DNA of 64,000 nt. Origin: Ramazzottius varieornatus (taxonomy: Eukaryota > Animalia > Tardigrada). The stretch spans positions 558,001 through 622,000 of the forward strand of contig BDGG01000018.1 in assembly GCA_001949185.1 (NCBI GenBank), read 5' to 3'. Shown here piece after piece: positions 59,482-64,000 of the stretch; position 1 is the first letter of the stretch, and every line of letters begins with the position of its first letter. The position numbers and the translations under genes are program-made. The notes below the pieces were generated by a model. It was not told the DNA's origin. It did no database searches and was given only the letters and a program-made list of their open reading frames with translations.

Positions 59482-61548
59482 TCACAAAGGTATGAGATAG
59501 CTCCGATTCCCGCTTTTACACTGCACGGCTTTAGCCCACTGCGCCAAGTCCATGGCGAACTCAGTCTGCACACTCTCAAACTTTTTCTGCAAGAACAAAA
59601 CGAAAAGCAGGTTACTTTCCGCCTCTATCCCGTAGGAAATATTTATCAACGTAACTGAAAATTTCAAACTAACTTTCGAGGTGAAAAATTTTCTTGCAAA
59701 GATATCAAGCCGAATATTCTGGGCTCCGCAAATCAACTAAGCAAAATCGCTTTGTCAAGCGGCACACGCTGTCGGCCCAGAAAACCAAGACGACGCGCCA
59801 CTTGGACAGAGCAATCGGATTCAACGAAATTCCTCAACTAGTGACGCACGCTGTCTGTCAATAACACAGGAAACGTGCGCCACCTCGGAAAAGGATTCTG
59901 ACCAGTTTGTTTGCCGAGTTCCCATTTGTCGAAGAAGTTCATCATTAGTTAGAAGAATGGTATACCTGCAAAACTTGAAGAACACGAGCTTGGTCTTCTT
60001 CCGACAGCTTTTCTGAGCACCAGGCGAAGCTGACATGGAACTGCGGGTTCTCGTAGAAGGTCGGCATGTTGAAGGACTTGAGACACGAGTCGACAATGCG
60101 TAACAGACTCAGCATTTCCTCTTTGCCGCGTCCAACCTTCAACGCCAGAAACGATCTACAAACAGAAAATCACATATCCAGGGTCGATTTTCATAACTTT
60201 GTCAGTGCTGACAAAGTACTGTATGACCGTACTGTAACAGCAGACGACTGACGTGCGTATCATTGATTATTAAACCCAATATTGACTCACGTGTTGGCTT
60301 GATCGTTGGTAAAGAAGCCCATCTCGTCGAAACTGTACGGAAACCTAGGAGAAGAAAACGTCAGCCATAAACAATAATCAATAAAAGTCAACTACCAGAC
60401 AACCTTGACTCGCGAAACTTTAGCAATGAATTCTTCCTGCATAACTTTCCCTTACTTTGCATTCGATGTTTTGACAATTTCGGCTTTAAGGTGCGCCGTG
60501 AAGTGGGGAATCTCGTGGTAGCGTAACGTGACAGTTCGCGACATGCTGATATGTGGGTCCTCTATCATCTTCCACTTGACGGGCTTGATGTCCTCTATAC
60601 TCATGGCTTCGTTGATCAGTTGGTTGAACAACGAACCGAGTCCATCCAAACGCGCTAAAAGAAGCAAAGCCCCCACATTATACAAGCGGTCACATGATAA
60701 AAACGCGCAGTTAGAAGTGGAAGCTCGGCAAAACAAACTCGACAGAACTGTTTTCCCCAAGTGGCTGTAAAAGCGCGCCACTTGGAATAACAATATTGTC
60801 GAATTTAACTGTTTTCCTATGTGGCGCATGTTGCCGGTATTACTGGTCGACATCGTGCGCCACTTCAGACGACAATCTTGCCAGGCTTGGTTGCTTTTCC
60901 AAGTGGCGCACGTTCACAGTGTAATTGGCTGATATTATGCTCCACTGGAGAACAACGCCGTCAGAGTAGGAAAATCACTTCCTACTATTTGTTTTCTCCA
61001 TCGATCAATTTTTGACATGAAGTCCGACTTACGGGTAAGGTAGACGAAGGTAGCCCAGCTACCCGGGAAATGTGCGAAGGCTCGAACTCGTCCAGACTCG
61101 GCATCGCTGACAGCGTTGTCGTGCAGTTCCTGCTCTGCACTGTCTCCCAGCGCTTGGTCACAGCCCAGAAATCCCGGAAGGACCGTGGGCTGTTCTTCCA
61201 CCCGTTCTTTCGTGCCGTCTTCTTCTGACGAAGTGGTCGAACTGGTGGATGACGGCTTCCGACCAGTCTTCACGTGAATGTCCGAAGAGGCCTTCTTCGA
61301 TGATTTCTCCGAAGCCTTTTTCGAACCATCTCTGAAAGTTAACCAAGGATCAGTAAAAATATAGTCCCTCATTGAAGTATACGTTCAGAAATGACCCTTC
61401 ATGTTACGCTGACATGAAGATGACGGAGAATATCTTCTTACTTTTTGCTGCGGGTTGGTTTGGGAGCTTTGTCTTTCTCCTCGTCCGAGGATCCGTACTC
61501 GTCAATCAGGCGACGTATGGCATCGCGAACACGAGAAACCATCGGCAT
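59482..61548 (-). CDS. USB1: U6 snRNA phosphodiesterase (2H family), multi-exon
   Basis: LIDEYGSSDEE, GRVRAFAHFPGSWATFVY, HISMSRT, FHVSFAWC (two HxS motifs), VQCKSGN. Confidence 0.9.
59720..59924. repeat. GGCGCA-N27 palindromic element, 2 units (USB1 intron)
   Basis: GGGCTCCGCAAA...TTTGCCGAGTTCCC ends. Confidence 0.85.
60719..60975. repeat. GGCGCA-N27 palindromic element, 3 units (USB1 intron)
   Basis: GGAAGCTCGGCAAA end. The first unit has a deleted spacer; later cores at about 60819 and 60901. Confidence 0.85.
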
Positions 61549-62439
61549 TTGGGACAGAGGAATCCGAGGAACGGTCTGAAACAGGAAATAACACGGAGTT
61601 CGTATGGAGTAGTCGAACGGCAACTCTCGAAGGAAAATGAGTTTAGAACAGAACTGTTACAACATACGTGGACGTCAGATCAAAGCTCAAACCTCGATAC
61701 GAGTCAGACAGCGTCTCTAAAGTTACCGTGGTAAAACTCAGCGTCTCAGCCGCTCCTGGCTCGTACTTCCGATAAAACCTGTTTCAACCGAGAAACATGC
61801 GTCAGCTCGAATGACGTGTTCGATAGATCAAGGTTCAGACTTACCACAACGACGTCGCTCGAAGGTCTGCTCTCAAGCCTGGTTGGACAGACTGCTGGAA
61901 GTAGAAAACACGGCCTGTTCTTTCATCTTGATGTTGAAACAAAAAAAAAACTCGGGAGTCGGGAGCACTTCTTCGGAAGATTCGGAACCCAGAGAGATGA
62001 GGGATGGATAATAAAGTTGCGAGAAAAGTTATGTGACTTATGTCGGCAAGATCCGACAAGGTTGAATGAGCTGGTAAACACGTACGTACAACTGTGACAT
62101 CATACATTCCTGTTTTAGCTTAGACGCACATGACTCATGCGGGGGTGCGGTGTGATTAATCGCCAGAGTTACTGAAATCGGCATCTTGACGTCACCGATG
62201 AAAGGTTCCTCTATTGATTGAAAGCCTGGGAAAATTATTGATTGATCAAAAGGGAAAAGCAACTTCCGTCAGACCGTCACTTCCGGTGGCGCACTGCTTT
62301 CATCCCTTCTAATTCATCCGTTCCAGCATGTTCCTCTTTTGCAGAATGCTACAATGAATCGGATCCCGTCCACGATTACCGTCGCTTGAGGTATGAACGC
62401 TGGCACGTTGGAGCCGAGAGCTGAAAGAAGAAATTGAAG

Positions 62440-64000
62440 ATGGCTCATTCGAATAATCCGCTGGACTTGAACGGGACATCCTTTGATCCCGACCAATACC
62501 TGCGCAAAGTTCTCACGGTAAGCTGACCTTGCGTTGCGTGCTCACCTCGATTCGTACATGGCTGTTGGCAGGAAGAAGCATTACCAGACCTGATCGAGCA
62601 TGAAATCGAGATGCAGCAGCAGATTAAGTCGCTGGACAGCGATATGCAAACACTGGTCTATGAAAACTACAACAAATTCATCACGGCCACTGACACCATC
62701 CGTCAGGTAATTTAGAGCATCCGCAATCTACCTAAGGCGGTCTGAAATCTTACACACACTCGCTTTCATTGCAGATGAAACAAGACTTTGGAGAAATGGA
62801 GCAGGAGATGGAGAAGTTAGCCAGCAATATGGCTGCCATCAACCAGTTCAGCGCCAAGGTCAATTCTTCCTTGGCGCCTAATCGGACCAGAATCCGCAAC
62901 CTTTCCGAGACCCATTCCATTCTGAAACGTCTCCAGTTCCTTTATGAACTGCCTGCCAGGTAGATTTAACACCCAGAAGTGTCGTGGTGAATAGCAGAGA
63001 ATTTTCGTAAGGTTGGCCGATGTAACGCGCCTGGTCTTCACGGACCTACATACACCGACATGGACACTTACTGCGAAGCGTTTGTTTGCAGGTTGAAGAA
63101 GTGTTTGGATGACGAAAACTACCGACCAGCCGTCCTCGCTTACTGCAAAGTTCGCTCCGTCCTCGAGAGCTACCGGCACCTCACCGCATTCCAGCAGATT
63201 GATAAAGACTGTCTGCAGATCATGGACACGTTGAAGAAAGCCCTGTATCAGAAGTTCCGCAGGAAGAGCACCACGACGAGAGAACTGGCCGAATGCATCG
63301 AGCTCTTTACCATGCTGCAAGAACCCGCAGAGATTCTCTGTCAAGAGTTCCTTGCTCATGCTGAAATACGCTTGCTGGATGATTTACAGATGCTTGATGA
63401 GCAACTGGCACTGTGGATCGACGCCTCGACGAGGGAGCAAGCAGCGGATATCAGGACGTTTGTCGATATGGGCTCCAACGGCTTTTTAAGTAATGTCTGC
63501 TTGGTCGTAGCTTCGTATAACGATATGTTCGTCTGCCGTGTCGAAACCAACGTCCATGAGTAGGTCATCTCTCATAGATTAGAAAGCTAAAGGATTGTTG
63601 CTCACTGAATTTTTCGATGTTTTTCCAGAGAGGAACAGAACGAGGTGGCAAAGCGGAAGTTGACAGGTTTCGTCAGTAACCTAATGGAGCGTTACTTCAG
63701 TTCTGCGAAGCAACGCATCCTTCTTGAGGTAGTGCGTCCATCGAAGTTTTGTCCGATTTAGGACATAGTGTTGATGAAATGGCAGGTCGACAAACAGAGT
63801 CTACCAGAGTCTACAGATCGTTTCTCCAAGTGGCGCACCTTATCAGCGTTACTGGTTGAATGCGTGCGCCACTTGGAGAAACTAGGTGGTCGAATTTGTG
63901 TGTCCAGCTGACCAATTACCATGGAAAATGAAATGTAACCGGGGTTTCTTTTGCAGACTGTGATGTCTTCAACATGCGAAATCTATGTTCGGGCACTGGA
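62440..64000 (+). CDS. VPS51: GARP/EARP complex subunit VPS51 (Ang2), 5' part, runs off window
   Basis: [53 protein letters not shown]. Confidence 0.92.
63780..63910. repeat. GGCGCA-N27 palindromic element, 1 unit (VPS51 intron)
   Basis: TTTCTCCAAGTGGCGCAC..GTGCGCCACTTGGAGAAA. Confidence 0.9.

Noticed and set aside
806-63910. Palindromic arrays as CRISPR arrays
   Set aside because: The cores alternate in orientation, the spacers share a consensus, arrays have only 1-3 units, the context is eukaryotic and there are no cas genes.
806-63910. Palindromic elements as introner (intron-creating) elements
   Set aside because: They lie inside introns and do not supply the GT/AG ends, and the flanking intron sequence is unrelated between loci.

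Overview
This is gene-dense eukaryotic (animal) DNA, roughly 48% GC by eye, with many short GT-AG introns. It resembles a compact invertebrate genome such as a tardigrade's, but that is inference only. Apparently intact genes are BBS1, B4GALT7, a mitochondrial 2-Cys peroxiredoxin, an adenylate/UMP-CMP kinase, DDX27, two LRR surface proteins, a SETMAR-like SET protein, ALDH2, a tiny PMP3/UPF0057 gene, a DUF7164-like gene, BRAP, USB1 and the start of VPS51. Disrupted genes are two fungal-type MEP ammonium transporter copies and an ATRX-like SNF2 gene. Mobile DNA includes a complete Tc4/Tc5-like DD37D transposon (149-bp TIRs, 2-intron transposase), a truncated relative, several MITEs (one nested) and LINE fragments. 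The most striking unexplained structure is a palindromic modular repeat at about 32 loci, mostly inside introns. Its unit is AAGTGGCGCA-N27-TGCGCCACTT, repeated 1-3 times with a period of about 82 bp inside GGGAGCTCGGC...GCCGAGCTCCC ends. Spacer length is held nearly constant while spacer sequence and orientation vary. A second, unrelated family (ACCTGCATAC-N29/30-GTATGCAGGT) has the same architecture.
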